64,000 bases of DNA, from positions 128,001-192,000 of the forward strand of contig CAWEXO010000014.1 in NCBI GenBank assembly GCA_963813025.1, read 5' to 3'. The notes below the pieces were generated by a model, which saw nothing but the letters and a program-made list of their open reading frames with translations, was not told the origin of the DNA and did not search any database. The stretch comes from an uncultured Verrucomicrobiae bacterium (GTDB lineage Bacteria > Verrucomicrobiota > Verrucomicrobiia > Chthoniobacterales > JAFAMB01). Both the position numbers and the translations under genes were made by a program. Of the stretch, positions 51,878 through 62,897 are shown piece by piece. Numbering within the stretch: the stretch's first letter is position 1; every line of letters starts with the position of its first letter.

Positions 51878-52092
51878 ACCGGCGGGCTTTGATTTTGTTC
51901 GGTCGGCAACCGGGGGATTCTTGATCGTGACCAGAGCAGGATGGCGGAAGCGCAGAAGGAATGCGAGGAAGCGCTGAAGATTTACGAAAAATTTGCGAAG
52001 CAAGATCCCGGCCAAACCAAGTTAAACAAGGAATGACTCCGCTTCGCTTTCCCTACAAAAGATCATTTAGCCCGATAACAACTACTCTTACG

Positions 52093-52710
52093 ATGAAACC
52101 TTACCTATCAATCGTCGGAATTTTTCTAGCCGTGCTGAATGGCCTGCTTCTTGTTCCGGCAACAAACGCCTACAAGGTTCCAATTACAGCGATAGCTTTT
52201 GTGCTGGCGCTTTTCGTTGTGGCACTTTCTATCCTCGGAGGCACGAAAAGGCATGCAACATTCGCTCCAGCTTCAGGCGTGATTCCACGTCCTGCACCAG
52301 CTGCGAACCAAGCCGAAGCAGAAATAGTGGCTTTCTTTGCCCTCCTTCAAGAGAAAGGCCGGCTTGTGGATTTTCTGATGGAGGATCTCACCTCTTACGA
52401 TGATACCCAGGTCGCAGCGGCCTCGCGGGTGATTCATCAGGGGTGTAGGCAAGTCTTGCAGGAACATTTCAAAATCACTGCTGTCTCTGAAGCCGAGGAA
52501 GGCTCCCAAGTTACCGTCCCGGCCGGATATGCCGCGGACGAGTACCGGCTCGTCGGAAAACTCAGCGGGGACCCACCTTTCACCGGGAAGCTCATCCACA
52601 AGGGCTGGAAGACCGAATCCGTGACACTCCCGCGAATCGTCAAGCCCGATGAAAAACGCCTGCCGGCAATTGCCCCTGCAGAGGTCGAACTCAGCCCTCA
52701 GATTTCGTAA
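52093..52710 (+). CDS. DUF2760-like membrane-anchored protein
   Basis: Two N-terminal TM helices; LLQEKGRLVDFLMED, G.PPF.G.L.H.GW, IAPAEVEL. Confidence 0.8.
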   Translation: MKPYLSIVGIFLAVLNGLLLVPATNAYKVPITAIAFVLALFVVALSILGGTKRHATFAPASGVIPRPAPAANQAEAEIVAFFALLQEKGRLVDFLMEDLTSYDDTQVAAASRVIHQGCRQVLQEHFKITAVSEAEEGSQVTVPAGYAADEYRLVGKLSGDPPFTGKLIHKGWKTESVTLPRIVKPDEKRLPAIAPAEVELSPQIS

Positions 52711-52782
52711 TATTGTGCCGCATCAGAAGCAACCTCGTGTTGAGGAGGCAGGGAAGTAAAATTAATCGTCTAATCGAACCAA

Positions 52783-54627
52783 ATGAGTGCACGCTTCAGC
52801 CTCGGGATTGACCTGGGCACCAGCAACAGCGCGGTTGCGGTCGAGGATTTCGAGACCGACCGTATCGAGATTGTCGCGATTACCCAACTCGTCGGGGCCA
52901 ACCGAATCGGGGAAAGGCCGACGCTTCCGTCGGCACTTTACATCCCGCATCCGGAGGAGTTTCCAAAGGAAACCTTGAGACTGCCATGGCACGCAGACGT
53001 TGACGGCCCGATCGTGGGCCACTTCGCGCGCGATCACGGCGCTTTGATCCCTGATCGCCTGATCACTTCTGCGAAGTCGTGGTTGTCGAACTTCCATACC
53101 GATCCGAAGAGGCCGGTCCTGCCGTGGAAATCTGAGATCAAGGAGCCGAAGCTTTCTGCTTTCGAGTGTTCCCGGCTTTATCTCGAGCACATGAAGGAGG
53201 GATTCCTGTACGCGGAGCGCACGCGAGGTCGCGCGTGGAATCTGGCCGAAGGCCAGGTCGTCCTTACGGTTCCCGCATCCTTCGATGAGGTCGCACGGAA
53301 TCTGACCGCTGATGCTGGCGAAGCGGCGGGTTTCGGCAAGGTTGTATTGCTCGAAGAGCCGCAGGCAGCCTTTTACGCATGGACTGCACAAGCCGGGAGC
53401 GACTGGCGGAACCAGGTCAGACCCGGAGATATCGTCCTGGTTTGTGACGTCGGCGGTGGCACGGCGGATTTCAGCCTGATGGCCATCACCGAAAGGGAAG
53501 GTAATCTCGAAATCGAACGGATCAGCGTTGGCGAGCACATTCTTCTGGGTGGCGACAATATGGACTTGGCGCTCGCGTATACCCTCCGAGCGCACTTGGA
53601 AACGACTGGGAAGTCGGTCGACTCGTGGCAATTCCTCGCGCTAATACACGCTGCCAGCAATGCTAAGGTGAGTCTGTTCACCGACCCATCGCTCGAGCAA
53701 ACTCCGATCGCCCTGCCTTCGCGAGGATCGAGCTTGCTGGCCAAAACCGTCTCCACCCAGCTCGACCGCCCCACGCTCGAAAAGGTGATCCTGGACGGCT
53801 TTTTCCCGCTCACCAGGGTCACCGATCTGCCCCAGGAATCCAAGAGCACCGGCCTTCAGGAGTTCGGTCTGCCATACGCGTCAGACCCAGTCGTGAGCAA
53901 ACATCTCGCCCGGTTCCTGACACGAAGCCTAAAAAATGTGAAAGCCAGTGATGCGCTGAGCTCGCTCGTAAAATCCAAGTCAGAAGCGCTCGAAGGCGAG
54001 TACCTCAAACCGACAGCCGTTCTTTTCAATGGGGGCGTTTTCAATGCGGCACCTATCCGGAAGCGCGTACTTGATCTGCTCGCTTCGTGGAACGAGGTCA
54101 AGGCGGTTTGGGAACTCGGGGGATTCCAACCTGACCTTGCGGTCGCCAAAGGAGCGGCGCTATACGGCCGCAATCGCGCTACCGGAAAGGGGATTCGCAT
54201 CAAAGCTGGCACAGCGCGGTCCTACTACATAGGAATGGAATCCTCGATGCCGGCGATCCCCGGATTCAAGCCGCCAATCAAAGCACTTTGCGTCGTTCCG
54301 CAGGGGATGGAGGAAGGCAGCGAGTTGGTGATCGATGGACAAGCGTTCGGACTGATCACGGGCCAGCCCGCTGACTTCCCTTTCTTCGCCTCTGAGGTAC
54401 GGAGCGGAGACGTACCTGGTCAGTTAATCCCGGATGCCGAACGTGAACTAGAGGAAACCGCCAGAATCGAGGTGATTTTGCCCCCGATCGAGGGATTCCC
54501 CGAGGGCCAGGCGATCCCGGTTGTCATCAATCCGATCGTCACTGAACTCGGAAACCTCGAACTTTGGATGAAGCACACCGGATCGGACCGCCGCTGGAAG
54601 ATCGAGTTTCAGGTCCGCACGCAGTAA
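52783..54627 (+). CDS. Atypical Hsp70-family protein
   Basis: GIDLGTSNS, SAKSWL, TVPASFD, EEPQAA, DVGGGT, LLGGDNMD. Confidence 0.9.
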   Translation: MSARFSLGIDLGTSNSAVAVEDFETDRIEIVAITQLVGANRIGERPTLPSALYIPHPEEFPKETLRLPWHADVDGPIVGHFARDHGALIPDRLITSAKSWLSNFHTDPKRPVLPWKSEIKEPKLSAFECSRLYLEHMKEGFLYAERTRGRAWNLAEGQVVLTVPASFDEVARNLTADAGEAAGFGKVVLLEEPQAAFYAWTAQAGSDWRNQVRPGDIVLVCDVGGGTADFSLMAITEREGNLEIERISVGEHILLGGDNMDLALAYTLRAHLETTGKSVDSWQFLALIHAASNAKVSLFTDPSLEQTPIALPSRGSSLLAKTVSTQLDRPTLEKVILDGFFPLTRVTDLPQESKSTGLQEFGLPYASDPVVSKHLARFLTRSLKNVKASDALSSLVKSKSEALEGEYLKPTAVLFNGGVFNAAPIRKRVLDLLASWNEVKAVWELGGFQPDLAVAKGAALYGRNRATGKGIRIKAGTARSYYIGMESSMPAIPGFKPPIKALCVVPQGMEEGSELVIDGQAFGLITGQPADFPFFASEVRSGDVPGQLIPDAERELEETARIEVILPPIEGFPEGQAIPVVINPIVTELGNLELWMKHTGSDRRWKIEFQVRTQ

Positions 54628-54645
54628 CGCCGGTCGGATTTAGAA

Positions 54646-57419
54646 TTGAGCGCGAAATTCTGCATCGGTATCGATCTTGGCACCACGAATTGTGTTATGG
54701 CATTCGAGGAGCTCGACGGCGCCACGCCGCACACGGAGGTATTTCTCATCCCACAGTGGGAAACCCTCACTGGATTTTCCGAAGCACCGACGCTGCCCTC
54801 CTTTCTTTACCTGCCGCAGGAGCAGGAAGCGGCACAAATGCTGAGAGAGGGCACTGAACGAGGTGAATGGATTCCCGGTCGCTTCGCGAGAAAACAGGCG
54901 GGAGAATCGCCCGGTCGCGTAGTGCATTCCGCTAAATCATGGCTCTGCCATCACGCGGCGGATCGCAGCGCGTCCTTCCTGCCGTGGAGATCCGATGAAG
55001 TCCCCGTCGAAAAGCGAATTTCGCCGATCCAGGCGTCCGCCCTGTTCCTTGGTTACCTGCGCGCTGTGTGGGACGCAAAGTTCGCCGGCAAGGGAATCCG
55101 GTTCGACAACCAGGACATTACTATCACCGTTCCCGCGTCCTTCGATGCTGTCGCACAGCGGCTTACCCTGGACGCCGCACGCGAGGCCGGCTTTCCTGAA
55201 AGCGTCCGCCTTTTAGAGGAACCGCAAGCCGCATTCTACTGCTGGCTGGAACAGCACGGCACATTGGGCGAACTGTCGAGACAGCTTCCAGAAAGCGAGA
55301 AACAGCACGTCGTTGTTATCGACATTGGCGGAGGCACGTCCGATTTCACTCTGTTCGAGATCAGCCGCCAGATCGAGACGAGTCTTCCGCACATCAAACG
55401 AATTGCTGTCAGCGACCACCTTCTTCTCGGAGGCGACAATATTGACCTCGCGCTCTCGTACCACATCAAGTCCCGCCTGGCGCACGAAGCGCTTTCCCCG
55501 ACGCAATGGAACTTCCTCGTGGCGCGCTGCCGCGATTTGAAGGAACGCTGCCTTGCCGATACCTCCGACGATGTCTTGCCGATATCTATTCCCGGGCGCG
55601 GATCGAGTCTGCTCGGCGGCACACTCGCGGGCCAGGTCACGCGGGCCGAGATTGAGTCGATCGTACTCGATGGATTTTTTCCCGAATGCGAAGCGGACGA
55701 ACGGCCCGCGCGGACGAAGATTGGACTGAGAGAATGGGCGCTTCCTTATGCCGTAGATAGCGCGGTCACGCGCCACCTCGCGAACTTCCTGCGCGGCCGG
55801 CCCCGGGTGGATGCAGTCCTATTCAATGGCGGAACCCTCTATCCTGACTCTTTGCGGCTGCGGTTACAGCAACAGATCGCCGGCTGGCAAGGCGGCACCG
55901 AGCCGCGAATCCTCAATAACCCGGAACCAAATCTCGCGGTTGCGCGAGGCGCGGCTGGCTTTGGAAGCATCGTACGTCGCCGCGCCCAGCGGATCGAGGC
56001 TGGTGCAGCGCGCGCAATTTATCTGGAAGTCCACAAACAGCTGGGAAAGAAAGACGAGGTTTCCGGTCCCGCCCTGGTCTGCATTCTGCCGCGAAGTGCA
56101 GCGTCCGAAGAGGAGTTCCGCATTTCTGAACTTCGGGCTTGAGCTTCGCGTGAATCGCCCCGTTCGGTTTCAGACATATTATTCGACGCGGCACGGCAAG
56201 GATAAAGCCGGCTCGGTTGTCACTTGGAACGACCGTGATTTCCACCGGCTCCCTCCGCTTCAGACTACTGCCAAGCTTACTGGACGGCGTCTGGAAGCCG
56301 AGAGGCTGCCAGTGACTCTCACTGCTCGCATGAACGAGCTCGGTCTGCTGCAGGTTGCCTGCGTTAGTTTAGATCCATTCGTGCGCGAGACCTGGCCACT
56401 TGAGTTCGACCTTCGCCCGCACGAACTGGGCGGCGAAGATCAAATGGAAACCGGCAATGACATCAGTCCAGACCCCGGAGTCGACGCGGCCAGGCTCGAC
56501 GCCGCGCGAACCCGGATCACCACACTGTTTTCCCGTCCGCTTGACCGGCGTGACAAGCTCACCGCCGCCAATCTCGTCAAAAGTCTCGAGCGAACCCTCG
56601 GAATACCGAAAGCCGATTGGAACTGGGTGCTACTTCGCTCTCTCTGGCCGGCGCTTTACGAGTGCATCTCCTGCCGCCGGGAATCCGTCGAACACGAGGA
56701 AGCGTGGCTGATCCTTGCCGGTTTTCTTCTTCGCCCCGGTTTCGGCGCGGAAAGGGACGCCACCCGGATCGACGAACTCTGGCAACTTCAGACGGATGGA
56801 CTCGTGTATCCCGGCAAGCGCATCCAGCTTCAGCAATATATCCTCTGGAGGCGGGTCGCCGGCGGCCTGAGTCGCGAACGGCAGGAGACGATTCTGGCGC
56901 CCGAGCTGTCCAGGTTACGCACTCAGAAAAACCCGCCAGCCGAGCTCGTCCGCCTCGCCGGATCATTCGAGAGAATCAGCCCCGATCATCAAGACCGAGC
57001 TCATCGATCTTTTTCTCCAAAGCACTCGAGAGCTCGCCACGACGAACCGGTACTGCGCTCCTTATCTGACTACCCTCGGACTTCTTCTCAATCGCACTCC
57101 GCTCTACACCGGACCTGAAAACGTTCTTCCAGCGGTTCACGTCGAACGGGCGTTCGAGGCACTCTCCGATCTCGATTGGACAGAACTGGAACTGGCCGAA
57201 ATCCAGACCCTGTTCCTTCGTGCCGCGCGTATTACCGATAACCCAAGCATCGACTTACCAAAAGCTGTCCGCGAGAAAATCGCAACCAGACTGGAAAAAT
57301 CTGGTGTTGCCTCATCAAAGCTGAGAACACTGCGCGTGTTCGTCCCCGTTGCCGGGCTCGACCGCGCCAGTCTCTTCGGCGAATCCCTCCCGCCGGGACT
57401 ACTGATCGCCGATGGGTGA
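54646..57419 (+). CDS. Atypical Hsp70-family protein with C-terminal DUF3731-like domain (frameshifts near 56135 and 56985)
   Basis: GIDLGTTN, EEPQAA, DIGGGT; then AGFLLRPGFG, WRRVAGGL and terminal LFGESLPPGL across three frames. Confidence 0.8.
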
Positions 57420-57443
57420 AGATTCCAACGCCCGCAAAACCTC

Positions 57444-60374
57444 ATGATGTCACCAAGTGTTACCGATTTCCAACGTCTTGCCGGTGAACTCGAAGGCGCG
57501 CTTCACTTCGACGTAGCCATGCGGACGCTTTATGCGACCGACGCATCGGTTTATCGCGAGATACCACAGGCCGTTGTACTGCCGAAGACCGAGGCTGATA
57601 TCTGCAAGCTCGTTCGCTTTGCGCGTGAACACGGTACCTCCCTCATACCCAGGACGGCTGGCACCTCGCTGGCCGGCCAAGTCGTTGGACCGGGCATTGT
57701 GGTGGATGTGTCGCGTCACTTTACTCGCATTCTAGAGATCGGTGCGGAGGGGCGCCGCGTGCGGGTGCAACCCGGCGTTGTGCGCAATGAGCTTAATCTC
57801 GCGCTTGCTCCACATGGAGTTTTCTTTGCGCCCGAAACCTCAACACAGAACCGTTGTATGATCGGCGGTATGGTCGGCAACAATGCCTGTGGGGCGAACT
57901 CCGTTGTCTACGGCAGTACGCGAGACCACCTCGTATCGGTGCGCGCCGTGTTGAGTGACGGTTCGATTGCCGAGTTTGGCCCGTTATTGCCGGGCGAGTT
58001 CGAAGCGAAATGTTCAGGCGAAACGCTTGAGGCTTCGATCTATCTTGAGATAGAAAAACTGCTCACTGACGCCGGAAATCGCGCCGAGATCGCGCGTGAG
58101 TTCCCGAAACGATCTATTCACCGTCGCAATACGGGCTATGCCCTGGATTTGCTTGCAGATTGTGCGCCGTTTACCCCGGGTGGTCCTCCTTTTAATCTCT
58201 GCCGCCTGTTAGCCGGCTCCGAAGGGACATTGGCGTTTCTAACAGAAATCACTTTGGCGTGCGAACCGCTGCCGCCAAAGGTAAACGCGCTCGTTTGCAT
58301 CCATTGCGCTTCGGTAGACGAGGCTTTGCGTGCTAATATTGTTGCCCTTTGCCATCAACCGCGTGCTTGCGAGTTGATGGACCACAATATCCTTGAGTGC
58401 ACAAAAGCAAATCTCGAGCAGCGGCAGAATCGATTTTTCCTCCAAGGAGACCCCGGCGCCATCCTTGCGGTTGAGCTGGCTGCACCGACTCGCGAAGCGG
58501 TTGCCGCCGTAACTGTCCGGCTTGAAACAGAATTACGCGCTGCCGGCCTCGGCTACCATTATCCGGTTGTCTGGGGTCCGGAGCAGAACCGTGTATGGAA
58601 CCTCCGGAAGGCGGCATTGGGTCTGCTGTCGAGCTTACCGGGAGACGCCAAACCTGTGGCCGTCGTCGAGGATACCGCTATCGATCCGAGTGATCTCCCG
58701 GCGTTTGTGCAGGAATTCGATAAAATTCTGGGTGAGCACGGTCTTTCCGCGGTGCATTATGCTCACGCCGCTTCGGGCGAACTGCACTTGCGGCCCATCC
58801 TGAATCTTAAGGATCAGGAACATCGCAGGCTCTTTCGCGTCGTTGCGACTGAGATCGCAAAGTTAGTGAAGCGCTATGGCGGCTCACTGAGCGGCGAACA
58901 TGGTGACGGCCGTTTGCGTGGCGAATTCCTGCCTTTGATGGTCGGCAAGAAGAATTATGCACTCTTCCGCGCGGTCAAACGCGCGTGGGATCCCTCAGGC
59001 ATATTCAACCCGGGCAAGATCACCGAGACGCCGCCGATGGACGCAAGCTTGCGCTTCAGCCCGGATCAGGCGGTGCGGGAGTTTAAAACTGTGCTGAGAT
59101 TCTCGGAAGCTCGGGGGATCTTGCGCGCCGCAGAGCAGTGCAACGGATCCGGCGACTGCCGCAAGTCGCATCTCATGGGTGGCACAATGTGTCCGAGCTA
59201 CATGGCCACCCGCAACGAGCGCGACACGACGCGGGCCCGCGCAAATATCTTGCGCGAGGTCCTTACGCATTCAACGAAGGCTAATCCTTTTGACAGCGAT
59301 GAGATCGGCCCGGTCATGGATCTTTGTCTCTCGTGCAAAGGTTGCAAGTCGGAGTGCCCGTCCAGTGTCGATGTAGCTCGTCTTAAAGCGGAATGGCTCC
59401 AGCAACGCTACGATGCGCGAGGTGTCCCGATGCGCGCGCGGCTTATTGGGGACTTCTCGCGCGCCATGGCTTTGGCCTCGGTCGCACCCGGAGTGTTTAA
59501 TTTTTTGGTGACAAATACGACGACGGTCAGCTTGCTTAAATGGTTTGCGGGGTTTGCTCAGGGGCGTTCGATTCCTAAGCTCAATAAGATTCCGCTGCGC
59601 CGGTGGCACCGGATGCACGCTAACAAGAATGGCCAGTTTCAGAACGGGCGTGTCTTTTTGTTTTGCGACGAGTTTACGAACTTCAATGACGAGGAAGTCG
59701 GAATCAAGGCCGTGCGGTTGCTCAATCGGCTTGGCTACGAGGTTGTTATTCCACACCACGTCGATAGTGGCCGCGCCCAAATTTCCAAAGGTCTGCTGCG
59801 CGACGCGCAAAGATTGGCGATTCGCAATGTGGAGCTGCTAAAGAATATTGTTACCCCTGAAAGTCCCCTTGTTGGAATCGAGCCCTCGGCGATCCTTGGC
59901 TTCCGGGACGAGGTCCCGGATCTTGTCCCTGCGCATCTGGTTGGAGCAGCAACCGCCCTGGCAAAAGATGCGCTGTTGCTCGACGAGTTCATCGCACGCG
60001 AGGCGGGCCGAGGTCGTATCCGGCGCGAGGCGTTCACGCAGGAGACCCGCAAGATCAAACTCCACGGTCACTGTCACCAGAAATCGTTGGCGTCGTTGAC
60101 TCCCACGGTCAAGGCGCTTGAACTGCCCGTAAACTACGAGGTTCAAGTCATTCCATCCGGGTGCTGCGGCATGGCCGGCTCGTTCGGTTACGAGGAGGAG
60201 CATTTCGACATATCAATGAAAATTGCCGGACTAGTACTCCTGCCGGCGGTGCGTTCGGCGCCGGCCGACACCATCATCGCTGCGCCGGGCACAAGCTGCC
60301 GGCATCAAATAAAAGACGGCACAGGGCACACCGCGCAGCACCCGGCAGAAATTCTCCACGATGCATTGGCATAA
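57444..60374 (+). CDS. FAD-binding/4Fe-4S oxidoreductase (GlcD/GlcF fusion, YdiJ/D-lactate dehydrogenase-like)
   Basis: GTSLAGQ, GSEGTL, GEHGDG, CNGSGDC, CLSCKGCKSEC, HGHCHQ, CCGMAGSFG. Confidence 0.9.
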   Translation: MMSPSVTDFQRLAGELEGALHFDVAMRTLYATDASVYREIPQAVVLPKTEADICKLVRFAREHGTSLIPRTAGTSLAGQVVGPGIVVDVSRHFTRILEIGAEGRRVRVQPGVVRNELNLALAPHGVFFAPETSTQNRCMIGGMVGNNACGANSVVYGSTRDHLVSVRAVLSDGSIAEFGPLLPGEFEAKCSGETLEASIYLEIEKLLTDAGNRAEIAREFPKRSIHRRNTGYALDLLADCAPFTPGGPPFNLCRLLAGSEGTLAFLTEITLACEPLPPKVNALVCIHCASVDEALRANIVALCHQPRACELMDHNILECTKANLEQRQNRFFLQGDPGAILAVELAAPTREAVAAVTVRLETELRAAGLGYHYPVVWGPEQNRVWNLRKAALGLLSSLPGDAKPVAVVEDTAIDPSDLPAFVQEFDKILGEHGLSAVHYAHAASGELHLRPILNLKDQEHRRLFRVVATEIAKLVKRYGGSLSGEHGDGRLRGEFLPLMVGKKNYALFRAVKRAWDPSGIFNPGKITETPPMDASLRFSPDQAVREFKTVLRFSEARGILRAAEQCNGSGDCRKSHLMGGTMCPSYMATRNERDTTRARANILREVLTHSTKANPFDSDEIGPVMDLCLSCKGCKSECPSSVDVARLKAEWLQQRYDARGVPMRARLIGDFSRAMALASVAPGVFNFLVTNTTTVSLLKWFAGFAQGRSIPKLNKIPLRRWHRMHANKNGQFQNGRVFLFCDEFTNFNDEEVGIKAVRLLNRLGYEVVIPHHVDSGRAQISKGLLRDAQRLAIRNVELLKNIVTPESPLVGIEPSAILGFRDEVPDLVPAHLVGAATALAKDALLLDEFIAREAGRGRIRREAFTQETRKIKLHGHCHQKSLASLTPTVKALELPVNYEVQVIPSGCCGMAGSFGYEEEHFDISMKIAGLVLLPAVRSAPADTIIAAPGTSCRHQIKDGTGHTAQHPAEILHDALA

Positions 60375-60519
60375 TTTCTCCGGTCAATATCTCTCTCCAA
60401 AACTATTGGTGGAAGCAGCTAAGCGGCAACAACCATTTTGGCATTGCGGTTTTCTAGACGATTTCTTAGCCTCTCTTTGATTGTTCCGCGACCGTCGAGA
60501 GAGTCTTAGCCGGCGTTGT

Positions 60520-60793
60520 CGGGCTGCATGTCAATGGCTCAGGCGCAACACTCACGCTTCAGGGCACGCAAATCACTCAGTTCAACAGTGGAGGAGATAC
60601 TGCGGTCTTGGCCGAAAACGGTGGAACAATCAATCTTTCGAACACGGCCGAGACGCTTGTCGGCGGCGGGGGTGACCATCCGGTGGTTGCCAGGAGCGGG
60701 GGGATTATCAATCTTGCCGAGGTCACGATTGATCTTCGGGCGGGGGCGGAAACGGGCTGGAGGCCAGTGGAGCGGCTCGAATTACCGCAATGA
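60520..60793 (+). pseudogene. Possible remnant of an autotransporter-like beta-helix gene
   Basis: Repeating VLAENGGTINL / VARSGGIINL units without a proper start. Confidence 0.35.
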
Positions 60794-61082
60794 ATAGCCA
60801 GATTACGATCCTAGGGTTTTGCGGAAACTTTGGCGCACTAGCGAGCGACGGCCTAGGTGGCGGGAATATCGGAGTAAGCGTCGCTTCCGGCGAAACGGCA
60901 CGCCCAAGCGGGTTGCTTTCGCGATTGGAGATGGCGCCGCGGCCGTAACGTCAGTCCACAATTTCTTTGGGCGTATGCATGGCGACGAAATGGTGGAGGG
61001 GGTGCAAAGTTAGATGGGAGTGTCAGTTTCATACGAGGACGACGAGCAGGGATACCGTGTCGAAATCTCCTTCGCGCCCGGG

Positions 61083-62054
61083 CTAAGCGCGTTGCGGACT
61101 GATCTCTATCGTCTCGTGAAACTTGCTGTAGTCCACCGTGTAGCGCCCAAGCGAATCTTCAGTATAGATCTCTGCGAATCGCCGGTTCCAAGCAATTTGC
61201 TCGTAAAGATACTCCGTCTGACTTTGCACGGGAGCTTGAATCACCGGATCAACGCAAACGATTGATGCAAGCATGCGACTGTCAGCCAGTTTTAAGTCTT
61301 GCCGGGTCAGGCCAAATAACGGACTGGTTTCGTCGATCACGTGTCGCAGGGTGAGTGCCGCTGGAAAGTTGATCAGGTGATCGAATTGTAGCCGTAGTGG
61401 ATAAAAGCGCCGGACCTCTTCCCCTTCCTTCGTCAATTCGCTGCGCATAAGCAACAGCCGAAATTCGGCTTCGACCATCGCGTGATGTCGGAGGTTGGCC
61501 AGGCGCAGCATGAGAGTCGGAAAACCATCAAACGGTGCAACGACGGCGACGTTACTGAACATGATCCGGGCGGTCGGTCTGGAGAAACGGACAAAGATCA
61601 GACCAGTCATGACCGCCAGACCAAAAAGGCCGGCCATGATTTCAAGCGTAGTGATGCAATGGCCGTAAAAAGTGTCCGGATAGGCGTGCCCATAGCCTAC
61701 GGTGGCCAACGTTTCTACGCTGAAGAAGAAGGCATCGGAAAACGAGCCTGGAAGCAGTCCAGCGATGGATCGCCCTCCGAGCACGTAGAGCGTTGCAAAA
61801 CAGAGGTTAATGACGACGTACATCCCGAGAACCAGGCTAATGAACTGCGGCCAGCTAAGGGTCAAGATGAGGTGGTAAATATCGCGCCAGTCGTACTTCG
61901 TGGCGTTGACTTTGACAAACTCGCGGTGTCCGACTCGGACCGTGATTGGGGCAGACGATCTTTTCATAAAGCGGCTCCTTTTGAGCATCCTGTGCCATGG
62001 GCTAAGCCGAGTTTCATGAATTATTTGACCCGACTTTGGGTTCATATTCGGCAT
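61083..62054 (-). CDS. Inward-rectifier K+ channel (KirBac)
   Basis: AFFFSVETLATVGYG selectivity filter, RFSRP, PTLMLRLANLR, HVIDETSPL. Confidence 0.92.
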   Translation of the reverse strand: MPNMNPKSGQIIHETRLSPWHRMLKRSRFMKRSSAPITVRVGHREFVKVNATKYDWRDIYHLILTLSWPQFISLVLGMYVVINLCFATLYVLGGRSIAGLLPGSFSDAFFFSVETLATVGYGHAYPDTFYGHCITTLEIMAGLFGLAVMTGLIFVRFSRPTARIMFSNVAVVAPFDGFPTLMLRLANLRHHAMVEAEFRLLLMRSELTKEGEEVRRFYPLRLQFDHLINFPAALTLRHVIDETSPLFGLTRQDLKLADSRMLASIVCVDPVIQAPVQSQTEYLYEQIAWNRRFAEIYTEDSLGRYTVDYSKFHETIEISPQRA

Positions 62055-62177
62055 AGTGATGAGCTCTGGAAGAGCGTCATCGACGAACTCGCATCTTTGC
62101 GAGAATCGACGCGTGAGATGGCGGTCGAGCGGCGTTCGGACCTGCGCTATTTCTTAGCCGTTGCTGCCGTAGCTGAT

Positions 62178-62262
62178 TATGCAGCACAAGGATGCCAAGT
62201 ACTCGTCGCCCCTTTCGACATTACACTTGGGAAATGTGCGGTAATCAGAGATCCATTCGGCA
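62178..62262 (+). pseudogene. Fragment of a VOC gene paralogous to 28667-29065
   Basis: About 85 nt closely matching the reverse complement of about 28753-28837 (YAAQGCQVLV.PFDIT.GKCAVIRDPFG). Confidence 0.75.
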
Positions 62263-62897
62263 TGCGCCGGTTTTCTTCGCCGCCACACGATACCTGTTCC
62301 CTAACGCAGTCACCTTGCTACAGCGCGCGCTTCCGCATATACTTTTTAAGCGTCACGTCAGGTCTGAAAGAGTATTTCCGATTAACAAGGAACGTTTGTA
62401 TAATGCGCGGCAAGGCGTTCGTCTTTTTCAGGCGATCGCAGCGAAGTTTGGCCCTGAAAGATCGTGCTCACTGAGCGCTGCCAAAACGGTCCAGCAAATC
62501 AGGAGACGAATTATGAACCAAGAAATTGTCGATGTGATGAGATCGTTGAGATGGGAGACCTGGCCTACGTCCGCACCACCTCGGCTGGTAAGACGGACAT
62601 CCTTCCAAAGAAAGTGACAAGAAAGGAAGCCAATAATGAGTTGTTCATTTTTCGCAAGGAAGAAGGGAAATAGAAGATTCACCGGTACCTGTTCGCTTCC
62701 AGCAATCCGCCGGCAGTCTAGAATTTAGCAAACGCCGGGAACTCCGTAAACGGTGTCGCCGATGAGTATGCTGTGACCGGCGCTGGCGGGGGGATGTTGT
62801 GGATGGCGAGATTGAAAACGGCTACGCGGATGACCTCAGTCTCGCCTTATCGGTTCCGCGCGTGCTAGGCGTTTCGGCAGGATAAAATAAAAACGTC

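Noticed and set aside
61482..62474. 330-aa plus-strand ORF, and similar long antisense ORFs (52762-53631, 30187-31002)
   Set aside because: Shadow ORFs opposite well-supported genes in GC-rich DNA.
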